Part shown: positions 1 through 11,189 of the stretch, piece by piece
How positions within the stretch are numbered: the first letter of the stretch is position 1
Layout of the letters: every line of letters starts with the position of its first letter
Assembly (NCBI GenBank): GCA_000320545.1
Contig: ADNK01001436.1
Coordinates: 1 to 37,419, forward strand
From: Bigelowiella natans CCMP2755
Taxonomy: Eukaryota > Protista > Cercozoa
Reading direction: 5' to 3'
Length of the DNA stretch: 37,419 nt
Notes under the pieces: generated by a model
Told to the model about the DNA's origin: nothing
Seen by the model: only the letters and a program-made list of their open reading frames with translations
The model's database searches: none
Position numbers and translations under genes: made by a program

Positions 1-792
1 TGCTCTGTATTTTCTAATAGCCTGGGGTAGGGAGTTAGCATCCTGTTCATTTACAAAAGCCTTCATTATCGCCTCAACGTCTCGTAGCCCACTAACTGTA
101 GTGTGTATTTTCTCTAGCTGCCTGATCCGGGTCCTGCCTGTCTCGTAAAGGTCCATGGCTTGCTTTATTATAGCTAGCCATTTGAGCTTGTCGTTTTCGG
201 TGGGGTTAGGGGTAAAGTCGCAGAGTATACTCCTAGCGTTCTTCCACCACCTCCTTGCCTCACCTCTTTTCCCGTTGTATTTCGTTATCATAACCGGTGC
301 TGTTTTAACAGACATGAACTGGGTGTTCCGCTGTACCGGCTGCTGCTGCTTGACGGTGCTCTGGGTCGTCCCCCGCGAGGCGCCCAGACCCCCGTCGTTC
401 CTAAACAAAGCTGCCCACTCTGGAGGTAAGTCTGCTTCGTAATCCATGATGTCCTGCATGATAGCTGCCCAAACATCATGTGTCTGATACTTGTATTCTA
501 TCGATACTTTCAGTTTGGCGTAGTTGCTCGCCCTGGGTCGCAAGGCTCGTAATGCCATTACGACCTTCTTGCTTTCGGCGGCCACGTCCTCGTCGTCCGC
601 CTCGTAGAAGTTCTCCAGTGCCTCTGCTGCTGCATCTGCTTTCTTAATCCCGGGTGCTGGTCCCGGCGGTGCCTGTGGAGGTGTTCCTCCTCCTTCCTTA
701 GCGTCCGTATCGCCCTTCCTTTCCTGTTTCTGCTCGTGCCCTTGCACGGCCTGCGAGCCAAAGTCCTGCTGTTCTTCTAGCTGCTGTGACAT
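1..792 (-). CDS. gag: Gag-like protein of LTR retrotransposon (partial, >=264 aa)
   Basis: Hand translation from ATG 792 gives MSQQLEEQQDFGSQ...PPQAPPGPAPG...APVMITKYNGKRGEARRWWKNARSIL...PQAIRKYRA with no stop, which is why the ORF track missed it. The KYNG..W segment resembles the Gag capsid P.F.G....W motif, and the ORF lies right after the PBS. Confidence 0.75.
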   Translation of the reverse strand, partial: MSQQLEEQQDFGSQAVQGHEQKQERKGDTDAKEGGGTPPQAPPGPAPGIKKADAAAEALENFYEADDEDVAAESKKVVMALRALRPRASNYAKLKVSIEYKYQTHDVWAAIMQDIMDYEADLPPEWAALFRNDGGLGASRGTTQSTVKQQQPVQRNTQFMSVKTAPVMITKYNGKRGEARRWWKNARSILCDFTPNPTENDKLKWLAIIKQAMDLYETGRTRIRQLEKIHTTVSGLRDVEAIMKAFVNEQDANSLPQAIRKYRA

Positions 793-808
793 TGTTAGTC
801 AAATCGTT

Positions 809-826
809 TCCCGTGTGTGGAAGCCA
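809..826 (-). other. Primer binding site TGGCTTCCACACACGGGA
   Basis: 18 nt, complementary to a tRNA-like 3' end TCCCGTGTGTGGAAG-CCA, located just inside the LTR terminus CAACA. Confidence 0.8.
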
Positions 827-831
827 AAGGT

Positions 832-1160
832 TGTTGCGCGTAAGGTGTTCACAGGCCGAGGCGCTACGTGCACAAGTAGGCAGGGGGGGGAAGGCACGTT
901 TGCTTCCTTTTGAAGAGTTTTGTTTATTTTTATTAAAGATTATATTTTTATTAAATCGTGCACTGCGTAATCATTCGCGAAGCTTTCGCGAATGCCGCCG
1001 CACGTGGGGCAGCACACTTCCGGTGTGCTGCCATGAGTCCCGCCGGAACCCACGTGCCTATGCTGTATTAATATCTACGTTATCTATATTCTATATCCGC
1101 GACAACCCCTTTGTTGTCGCACGTGACTTGTGCCCGCGTAGTGGTACGCGCTACACAACA
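832..1160 (-). repeat. Long terminal repeat (5' LTR)
   Basis: TGTTG/CAACA termini. On the minus strand there is an AT-rich TATA-like segment (~1070-1096) and AATAAA motifs (~923-953). The second LTR is not in the window, so the boundary rests on the termini and the PBS. Confidence 0.75.
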
Positions 1161-1736
1161 CACAATGCAAGCTCGCTCATTGCTCATCATGTGTGTTTCT
1201 TCACACGAACTCGTGATGATGCAATTGATCGATGATCAAGAACGCTGTGTTCATCAGCAATCGATGCAGTCCTTTCGAAGTGCCAGAGTGGGATGAGCAG
1301 CGGAGCTTTTGCTGACCAGCTGTTCTCAAATGCCTTCCGATTGTGGATGGTGTGCCAGTGTGCATGCAACCTGGCAACGCTGGAACGCATGCGGGGCGCG
1401 CGCAGCGCGTGTGGATGCAGTGAAGGTCGGCCCCATTGGCCAGCCACTCCATGACATTCATGCCTTGCTTTTGTGCAATCAAAGTGAACACAGGGAAACC
1501 AATCGTGCAACATCTCCAGATGTTTCCGTGTGAACTTGTGCCACGACACTGGCGAGAACAATGAATGAATTGATGACTGAAGTGATTCTCTGGACATGTT
1601 GAACACTGAACATTGAACTTCAGCTGAAATCGCCTGCAAAAGGCAGCACGTGTCCAACGACGCATTTTTCGTCCCACCACAATTGTGCTGCAGGATTTTC
1701 CCGCAGCAATGACTGGTTTTGCATTGAAACCGCATG
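1161..1736. other. TpA-free degenerate tract (probable hypermutated repeat or gene relic)
   Basis: Reading base by base, I found no TA dinucleotide from 1154 to 1736. The tract is rich in TG/CA and carries overlapping His/Cys-rich ORFs with no Tyr inside it. Confidence 0.7.
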
Positions 1737-2139
1737 TATTCTAAGTGTGCGTCTTGGAAATTGCGTCTTGTCGCTATGAGAAAAGGATCAACATGCACAC
1801 GTAGTCAAAATTCCAGACTGCATTTTTGCAATTGTTTGAAGCACTAACCACTCCCTGGATTGTGTGCGAGTTAGTGCACACATAGTTAGTGACCCACTTG
1901 CTTCACAAAAGGACAAGCTCGTTTGTCAGGATGTCTTGTGAAACACAAAGTAACTTGGGGCTAAATGCTGGAACGATTTTTGGAAGCACAGGCGGATTCT
2001 GGGCTAAAGACGCTTCATTTCAACAAAATTGTGTCCAGCATCCTTTGCAGAATTTCACCGATTTGGTCACTTTGACTGCGAGCCAGTAGCCCACTTCGTT
2101 GCGCTTCCACAAATCACAAAAGGTCACGGACCTCCTGCC

Positions 2140-5100
2140 ATGGCCGATCATCATGCAAAGTTGGATGAGGAGAATCCGGAAAATCCCTTGGGAAACAATC
2201 TCGAGGAGCCACAGCAAATTAACCCAGTCATCGTAAAAACAGCTTCGAAAAGCAGGGCGGAGGTTTGCATCCATCTTGCAATGCACATTCAAGTAATGCT
2301 GACAGATTTTTTTGTTGCTATTGATTGCTCAGGCAGCTCGCCGTCGTGAACTTAGAAAAGCTGGAAAGGATGTTCCCAAGACAGATGCTGACATAGAGGA
2401 AGAAAAGCGCAATGAACATACTTTGACAATTACAGAGGTTTGTGAAAAATTCTCGAGCGACGCAAAGAACGGTATTTCTCAGGATTTGTACAGGAAAAAT
2501 CTTGAGGAATATGGTCCGAACATCCTCACCCCACCCCCCGAGAAATATTGGCTCATCGTATTGATTGAGCACATGACTGGATTTTTCTCGCTGCTACTAT
2601 GGGGAGCTGGAGTACTCTGCTTTGTTGCCTTTGGCATTGATAATGACTCGGTTGATAATGTAAGTGATCGAGAATATGATTTTCTTTACGAGAATGAACA
2701 AAGTTGATTCTCTGGACTGAGTTGATGTTTTTCCCATTAGTTGTACCTTGGAGTCGTCTTGGTCGCTGTAGTAATTCTAACAGGATTGTTTTCATATTAC
2801 CAAGATGCAAAATCTGCTTCTGTGATGGCTGGTTTCAAAAATTTCTTGCCGGAAAAAACTCTTGTTACAAGAGAAGGGAAGGAAGAAGAAATCCTAGCCA
2901 CTCAGCTAGTTCCGGGAGACCTAGTAAGAATTAAAAACGGTCAAAAAATTCCTGCTGACCTACGTGTAGTAGAGCAAGATGAAATGAAAGTTGATAATGC
3001 GTCATTGACTGGGGAATCAGAAGCTCAGAAACGTAAAGTAGAGCCAGAGAAAAGGGGATCCGTACACCTTGAGGCTGGTAACATTGCATTTTATGGTACT
3101 CTATGTGTGAATGGTAGCGGAATGGGTATCGTAATTGCCACCGGAGACAACACAACAATCGGCAGCATTGCAGCTTTAGCTGCCAGCGCCAGTAACCGAG
3201 ACGACTTTCAGACTCCCATCAATAAGGAAATTCACCACTTTATCAAAATTATATCTGCCGTCGCTATATTTCTCGGCGTCCTCTTTCTGATCCTTGGATT
3301 CGTCCTCGGACTTGATGCATTGGACAACATTGTTTTCTGCATCGGTATTATCGTAGCTAATGTACCAGAGGGCTTACTTGCAACCGTCACTGTTTCCTTG
3401 ACATTGACAGCTCAGAGGATGGCAATTAAAAAAGTCCTGGTAAAGAATCTTGAGGCTGTTGAAACACTTGGTTCTACAAATGTAATTGCATCCGACAAGA
3501 CTGGCACACTCACCCAGAACATAATGACGGTACAGCATATCTGGTATGATGGAGGCGTTAAACTTGCAAATGGCCTTGGGGAGGGGGTGGCAGACCAAAA
3601 GTCTGCAACTATGCAATATGTCAGGAATTGCATTTCTTTATGCACCACCGCCACATTCATTGATGAAGAGGAAGAAAAAAATAACGTACCTTTCCAGCAA
3701 CGCAAATTTTCCGGGGATGCCTCCGAAGGAGCTCTCATTAAGTACATCGAACCACACCTCCGTGCATCTGGAACTGGCATCGTACAAGAAAGGAAAAAAA
3801 ACAAAATACGCTTCAAGCTCCCGTTCAACTCAACCAACAAATTCATGCTACATATTTGCGAACAGGGAGAGGAAAAACCCCACATCCTTTGGATGAAAGG
3901 TGCTCCTGAGAGAATCTGGAGCAGGTGCAATACAATTCTCATTGACGGTAAAGAAAAGAAAAAGGATGAGTACAAGGCTGAATACGATAAAGGCCTTTTC
4001 ACCCTTATGAACAATGGCGAGCGTGTACTTGGTCTTTGTTATACAGAACTCCCTGCGGATAAGTACCCTTCAGATTTTAAATATAATTGGGAAGGTGAAC
4101 GTGGAGAGGAATCAAACTTCCCTTATGAAAACTTCACTTTCATCGGACTTACAGCTCTAATCGACCCCCCACGGGCTGCTGTACCTGCTGCAGTCAGATC
4201 TTGCCAAACTGCAGGCATTCAGGTTTGTTCGAGATTGGGAAAACTGTTGTCAAACGTTGAAATGAGTGTTTCGCAAAATTGTGATCAGGTTATCATGGTA
4301 ACTGGTGATCACCCGGATACTGCCGAAGCAATTGCAAAGATGGTAAACAATATGTGCAGGATTATCATGAGACATTGGTCATATTTGGGCATGATATCAG
4401 GTTGGGATCATCAGAGCTCCAACGAGAAGAGATGTTGCTGCAAAAGAAGGGAAGGAAATCGAGGAAATCCCTCGAGACCACCCTGATATCGGGGCACGCG
4501 TTGTTAGAGGTGTCGAGCTTATGAAAATGTCAGACGAAGAGCTCGACAATTTGCTCGACTACGAGCAACTCGTATTTGCTCGAACCTCACCTGCAAATAA
4601 GCTGACTATAGTGAAGGGATTACAGGATAAGAAACTGAAACGCTGGAAGGATGGCAGCAGGCCTCCTAAACGGGTAGAAACAGCAGATTTAACGATAGAA
4701 ACGGAAAATGATTCGATTTTCCTTATCACATAATAAATATCAGATTAAAAACGTTGTTGCTGTCACTGGAGATGGGGTCAATGACTCTCCTGCGCTCTCA
4801 CAAGCGGTAGGATTTAGGAATACGTTTTACTTTTACATATTTAACGTATGCAACACAGGATATTGGTGTCGCCATGGGTATCGTTGGATCTGATGTTGCA
4901 AAAGATGCTGCTGATATGATTTTACTCAACGATAACTTTGCTTCGATTGTTGACGGTAAGACATTTTCGAAGGAGTTCTGTGTTTTTTTAATTTTGATTT
5001 TCTTTATATTACCAGGAGTCGAAGAGGGCCGTTTGATCTTTGACAATTTAAAGAAATCGATCGCATATACCTTATCTTCGAATATTCCAGAGATCACTCC

Positions 5101-6021
5101 GTTCCTTATCTTCATCTTGATCCAAATCCCACTTCCACTTCCTACAGTTTTGATTCTTCTAATTGACCTTGGAACTGACTTGGTCCCTGCAATTTCATTG
5201 GCATATGAAACGAAGGAAGCAGACATTATGAGGAAGCCTCCACGTGACTCACGGGTCGATCGTTTAGTGACACGCAAACTGATTTCATTCTCTTACGGCC
5301 AAATTGGGATCATCCAAGCTATGGCTGGGTTCTACACTTATTTTGTGGTGCTAAATGACTACGGATTTAGAGCCAGCGATCTTGTCGGCGCGTCAGAGTT
5401 ATTCTTTGACTACGCCGATAGTCCAGGCGATGCAGTGTTCTTTCCAGACAATGACGATACTATTGGGGCAGGAGAATTGCAGATCAACGGAAATAGCATT
5501 CCTCTCATCGAATGCAACATTACAGTGAGTACATTTTATCCCTGTCTGTCTGTTACGTTTTCCTCATAATGATGATCGTAGGACAAGGACGTCTGTCACA
5601 TACCAGATGAAGCCCTTGCACATGCTCAAGGAGCTTTCTTTGTCTCTATTGTTATTGTCCAATGGGCGGATCTAATTGCATGCAAGACCAGGAAATTGAG
5701 CATTTATCACCAAGTAACAATTGAAAAAGTTCTTTTTCAGCATGAAACTAAAAGTTTTTGAATGATAATCAGGGAATGCGAAACACAGTTCTGAACATTG
5801 GTTTGGTGGAGGAAACTCTTCTTGCGATTCTTTTAAGTTACATTCCAGCTCTGAACGTATTGGGAACTCGCCCGATTCGTTTCGTACATTGGATGCCTGC
5901 AATGCCATTCGCAATGATTATATTCATTTACGACGAAGTACGAAAGTATTTGATTCGACTCGGCCCTCCAGCAGGATCAAAGAAAACTATGAACTTGGTA
6001 GAAGAATATACTTATTACTAG
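2140..6021 (+). CDS. Na+/K+-transporting P-type ATPase alpha subunit (P2C), ~10 exons
   Basis: Motifs [25 protein letters not shown], phosphorylation site [78 protein letters not shown] and C-terminal EEYTYY. GT-AG introns join the ORF-track fragments in frame. Confidence 0.97.
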
Positions 6022-6250
6022 TTCAAATATGCCACTTAACATAGGCTTCAAGTGCGAGAAAAGAAAACGCTCACTTCAACGTCATTCTCTGAAAGCCCTA
6101 GTTACATGTAAGCACATACAATTGTGCACAAAACTGTGCATTTGCATGTCGCACCGCAGATCAAGAAGGTGACAGGCCATGCATCTATGTTGTGTGAAAG
6201 TGCTATCTGACCGCTAGTGCGTTCGAAATGTTCGACAAGATTATTTTTCA

Positions 6251-6296
6251 AGTAGGACAGTGTGGCGAACATTAGTAGGACAGTGTGGCGAACATT
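6251..6296. repeat. 23-bp perfect tandem duplication (AGTAGGACAGTGTGGCGAACATT x2)
   Basis: Read directly from the sequence. Confidence 0.95.
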
Positions 6297-6299
6297 CGG

Positions 6300-6830
6300 C
6301 TAGTCACCCCACATGCATAATTTCATAGTGGCGGCGGGTCAGCTTCATTGATCCCGTGGCGCTCTAGCGCTCTGTGCTACGCTCTAGCGCTTGCTACCGC
6401 GCAATGCAAGCTCTACATGTTACTAGATCGCTGCCAGGCTAGCAGGTGTGCATGCTAGCACAGTTCACTAGCTAGCTAGTTGTTGCACGCACGCAACTTT
6501 GTGCACATCTAGCTAGCTAGGCATCTAGACATGCTAGCATGGCAGGACATGCATTGACTAGATGAGACATGAGTGCACACTGCTAGACTGCGATGCTAGC
6601 TAGCTAGGATGTACTGTGATCCGCAACTAGACAACAAGTTTGCTTGGCTAGCTAGCTAGCTAGTTCTAGAGTTGTTGTCACTTGCTAGCTTGTCACATCA
6701 TGCTAGCATGGTCATGTGCACGTTCGCAGGAAAACTAGAAAACGAGCATCATGCTAGCATGGCAGCCTGAAGATGCATTAGTGCATGAGAAGGCTAGAAG
6801 GCTAGAAGGAATAGGCGATCCGACAAACTT
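6300..6830. repeat. CTAG/GCTAGC-rich low-complexity convergent intergenic spacer
   Basis: Many (CTAG)2-4 runs plus CATG/TGCA palindromes. Confidence 0.8.
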
Positions 6831-6908
6831 AAATTCAACAAGAAATCCTTACTTTCTTCGCATGGTCTGGCGATTTAATGGCAATTTAATTTACAAATGA
6901 TTACACCA

Positions 6909-8612
6909 TTAATGTCGGTCAAAACTCCACAAGTCTTCGCCAGATGGTGAGCCCAGCACTGGGCTCGGAGGAAGAAATCCTTTGTAAGGAGGCGGGGAAT
7001 AATTTCCTGCTCGAAAATTGCTTTGCAGATTTCCAAAACGAGAGACGTCGAAAATGCTACTCCTGGAGCTATTATCGTCTTCAGCAGTGTCTGCATTTGT
7101 CACGAAGGAACTAGATAGGTCAGTAACCTTCTCTAATCTGATTGACTTTTTCAGGGAACGCTGCCGCTTAGTTTGCTGGCCAATTCCTCGGGCCTTACAT
7201 CTATCGCAAGGAAAGCCTTTGTAACATATTTCCCTGATGTTTATGCAGATACTGTTATCTCAAAGTTTTTGTTATTTAAATTTCATTCCTACCTTGGATT
7301 GATAGCTAATATCTTTGATGTTTTAAATTTGATCTTTAGAGTCTTGCAGAGTTCCGCCTACAATTTAATTACTCTTTCAATATCTTCAAAATTCAAATTT
7401 ACAATACATACCCTTGCATCAGCCGATGAAGATGGAGCCTTTTTGCGGAATTTTTCAGCTACCGATTGATTGTCACCAGACGCCTGGACCTTACCAGACT
7501 TCCTCGAACTTACGTGCTCTTTTGCCTTCTTGGGAGTAGACTTTTTCCTCAGTTTCGCCTTCCTTGCAATTCTTGCGCTCGTACAACACATTGTAGGCTC
7601 TGAAACGTGCCACGGACAATCTATGCCTCGGCGATTGAAGCTGCAGCAGCAGATTCCAGTTCCAGACATAAAATGCGGCTCGACGCAACTAATTGTGACA
7701 TCAAAAAGTCAGAAAATTACTCTTTGTCATGAGATGTGACTGTACCGTGGGCAGTGCCAATTCGGATCTGCAACGTTTCTCATCATTAACTCAAAGTCAT
7801 TCTCAGACATAGCTTTTCGCAGTCGAATGACACAACCTGAGGAAACGTGCAATCTTGATTGCTTGTATTTACTCAAAAGTAGTCATTACCTTCACAGATA
7901 CAGAACCTCTTTCCATTTAATGAGCAAAATTTAGACTTGCAGCTTATTTTATCCTGCCAACAGATATATTATGTTAATTTCTCAAAATTGAGCTCACATA
8001 TTTTTTAATATTTAGACCGCACCTTCCCCTTCTTCGCTTTTCCGCAGCGATGACACGTTTGCTGACTCTCAAGCTTAAGATCGATCTCTGTGGCAAGCAA
8101 GAAACTTAGTACTATATAAGAAAAGTTAAAATCATCCTACCTCTAAGCTCCAACAGGGCAAGGACATCATCATCCAAGGTATCTTCGATGTCATCGTTCC
8201 CGCTTTTATGCGAACTCAGATCGGCAGCAATAATGCTAGGTGTACCAACAGAAATACTTGAAACATCCGTAACTCGCGCACGTTTCCTTCCGGCAGTCCT
8301 CCGCCTCTCTATTTTCGAAAGAATTCCGGGATTTTGTCCATTAATGCCCACCTCATTGTCCAATCGAAAGCTAACTTTTTTCTCGTAATGGTGGGTTTCT
8401 GTCTTTTTTCTAAATAGCGGAGAGTTAATAATGGGATCTTTATCTCTATCATCTTTCTTCATTGCAAGTAAGCCATCATCAGCCTTTATCTTCCCCGCAG
8501 GAAGTTTTAGAGTCGGGACTCGAACCCCATAAACACCCTGGGTCTCGGGTGAAACTTTGAACAGAGAAGCCAACCATGGTTGCCCATTCTCATCCTTAAA
8601 TTCACCATCCAT
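6909..8612 (-). CDS. zf-4CXXC_R1-like (CDCA7/R1-type) zinc-finger protein, ~7 exons
   Basis: Splicing GT-AG introns gives ...QQTCHRCGKAKKGK|DKISCKSKFCSLNGKRFCICE|GCVIRLRKAMSENDFELMMRNVADPNWHCP|RCVEPHFMSGTGICCCSFNRRG..., which matches the TCHxC...C...C...FC..C...W.CP.C..GICxCS layout. Basic NLS-like stretches are present, and the frame stays open to the stop at 6909. Confidence 0.7.
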
Positions 8613-9123
8613 TGTCCTCTATTCGCTCCTCGTGATAAAGAGCGGCCACCTTTTATAGATTCCTCATATATTATACCCTCGTGTACATGTACTCGCAGGG
8701 GGGGGGGGGGAAATGAGAGGAAATTTCCCACTCTTTCTTGCGGTCTATTTTTGGTGCAAAATGAAGTGTGGATTAGCGCTGTTCCCCACTTCATTTTCCC
8801 GGAACAACGCGTGGAAATCCGACGGATATTTCACCGGGATCCCGGCTGTAAACCAGACGACGTCGACGACGTGGAGATTTGTGGCTGAGGTCGGAGACGG
8901 GATTCGGGGGAAATGCTGGCTGTTTCGGCGCCAGGAACCTCGATGTGGGTGAAATGGCCTGTTCCCTTTGGAACAAGTTACCTCGGGAAAACTTTTACTC
9001 TAAAAACATTGGAAGCGAGAGGAGAGGTGAGCTTCACAGGAGCATCACCATCGATCAGGCGAACCCCTGCATTGCTATTGTTGGGTTTCTACCATCTACT
9101 CACTCAACATCTACAAAAGAGAA

Positions 9124-10482
9124 ATGTACGGTAGTGCTTTCAGCGGAGTACCGCTCGCAGCAGAGCTCCACGACGCGTCGACGTGGGAATGGTGGCATTT
9201 TCTATCATTCGGCGGGGTAGTCATCGGGGGGCTGGAGTTTCTGAATCATGGTGTGCTCTCCCTCTTTGAAGGTGTAGAGAAAAGAATTCCTATTCGAGGA
9301 AAGGTAAGCAAGCTGGCAAACAAATGGGCTTTCAGTCATTAATGTGCAACTACATACTTAGCACTTGGACGAATTTGAAACGATCGACAAGGCCTTCATC
9401 AACTTTAATAAATTGGCCATCATCGTGTTCTCCTACCACATCCTAAGATTTTCCATCGTTAGTACTGGGTGAGTCACAATCCTCTTGACGCAAAATCCTA
9501 TGATGATTAACTTTCGTCTGAAATACCTCCTTCACACTGGGTTTTAGGATTGTCTGGGATGCCCTCAGTTTTGGGATAATGAATGGCCCAGTAGCTCTAG
9601 CCTTAATGCACATAGGTAATTGCATGAGCACTTCGAGCCCAATAAGAGAGAAATCAGGCACAATCGCACAACAAATTTAAATGTATTCTGTCATTCTGTG
9701 TGTAAATCAACAAAAAATCAATTTCAGTGTACGATCTGTTCTACACGGTGTTCCATCGCGTGTTGCATTACCGCCTATTCTATGGCTACTGCCACAAGCA
9801 TCATCATCGTCAGCGAGCGCCTACACGTAAGTTGAAATTGTGCGGAAAGTAACCAACCAAAATGAAGATAAAAACTCAAAAGAATATCGAACAACCGTCC
9901 AGGTGGTAATTTGGATGCTATTAATGTACATCCGTTTGAGTTCGTGGTTGGTGAATATCTTCACCTTGTGGCTGCATACCTTGTTTCCAGCTACTTGGTA
10001 CCTTTAATCTTTAACTTCTCTTCCAAACCTTTTACAAGTTTGCAGGGTTTGACCATACTTCTACTTTCCAGGTCCCTGTTCATATCTTCAGTCTGGGTTG
10101 GTTTATAATCGTTGGAGGGATCTTGGCCTCCCTGAATCATACTAGATACGACCTTTCATTTTTTGGTATGTCAATTCATATAGGAAAAAAATCATAAAGA
10201 CACCGAAAGATTGAGCTTAAATCTGATTTGCAAGCCGAATCTAGTCGATATGCAATTGTTGATATGATTCTCTTGAAAATCAACTTTCAGGTGTATACGA
10301 TGTGAAAGTACATGACGTTCATCACCGCCTCCCTGAATCAAACTATGGGCAATACATTATGCTATGGGATTGGGTGACGCCTTCCTTATTTCTGTATCAT
10401 AATGCTTCTCTTTTTGACGTGCCTGCTATTTATTCAGCTGATGGGAAGCTACAAACCATATACTCAAAGAATTAAAGAATAA
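9124..10482 (+). CDS. Sterol desaturase / fatty acid hydroxylase superfamily membrane enzyme, ~8 exons (start approximate)
   Basis: The spliced product contains YDLFYTVFHRVLH, HKHHH, DAINVHPFE, LNHT and HDVHH..NYGQY.MLWDWLMGSY. These are the di-iron His boxes of the ERG3/ERG25-like family, interleaved with hydrophobic segments. Confidence 0.9.
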
Positions 10483-11189
10483 CTCGTGGATGACTTTCAA
10501 GACTTCTATTTCTAGTACAAACCATCATGATAGAATGGGTTTGGCTATGTCATGACATGAGTCATCATTTTAATAACTAATTGCATGGTACTAGCTCGTT
10601 GAGTCGCGCATGGCGTGTGGAGCGCCATTTCATCCATAGCTACCTAAATACATTCAACGTAGGAATAGAAGTTGTCTTAGCCATTTCTGAGTTATATCTG
10701 TGCACTTAATGTAGCAATATTATGAAAATTCACACCTAAACACGTGTCACAATATGAACGAAGTTTGCATAGATATGGCAAGGAATATTGCAAGTATGCT
10801 CATTATAGAGCGCATTGGCTAGTCCGTTGTGTCGCAATGAAGCAGCACACACACACGCTGTGCGTGTGCGTTCATTTGCGATTTGCTACCAACCTTGCAA
10901 CATCGAAACTAGATCACATTGTCATGTAACGCGCGACTGGGTACGACTAGCAAAAACTCGATCACTATGTGTGCAATGTACAATGACTACTTGTTGTAAC
11001 AAAGCAAACATATCAACCTTCGCATGCTATATACATACGTTCGTTAGACTAGACGTGTGTATATCACAGACACAAGTAAACGCAGATACAATTAAATACA
11101 GCCGACCATGCTTATGCCTACGACAGGGCAGCAGATGTACGTTAGCAAAAGCACGTTTGTTTTTGTGGCAGAACACATGTGTACTGACT

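Larger units (their letters stand above)
1..1160 (-). mobile_element. LTR retrotransposon, 5' part (5' LTR + PBS + gag), truncated by left window edge
   Basis: On the minus strand, a TGTTG...CAACA-bounded 329-bp LTR (1160->832) is followed 5 nt later by an 18-nt TGG-starting PBS (826->809). An ATG at 792 then opens a stop-free ORF running to the window edge. Confidence 0.85.

Noticed and set aside
155-761. ORF-track ORFs 155..442 (+), 288..479 (-) and 558..761 (-)
   Set aside because: Shadow frames of the open gag frame (792->1).
1420-1500. Ankyrin-like GMNVMEWLANGADLH in ORF 1201..1680
   Set aside because: Single, mis-spaced match in a region where stop-codon loss creates spurious ORFs.
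7890-7955. Suspected frameshift in the zinc-finger exon
   Set aside because: Re-reading gives AAG TCT AAA TTT TGC, which is in frame; no lesion.
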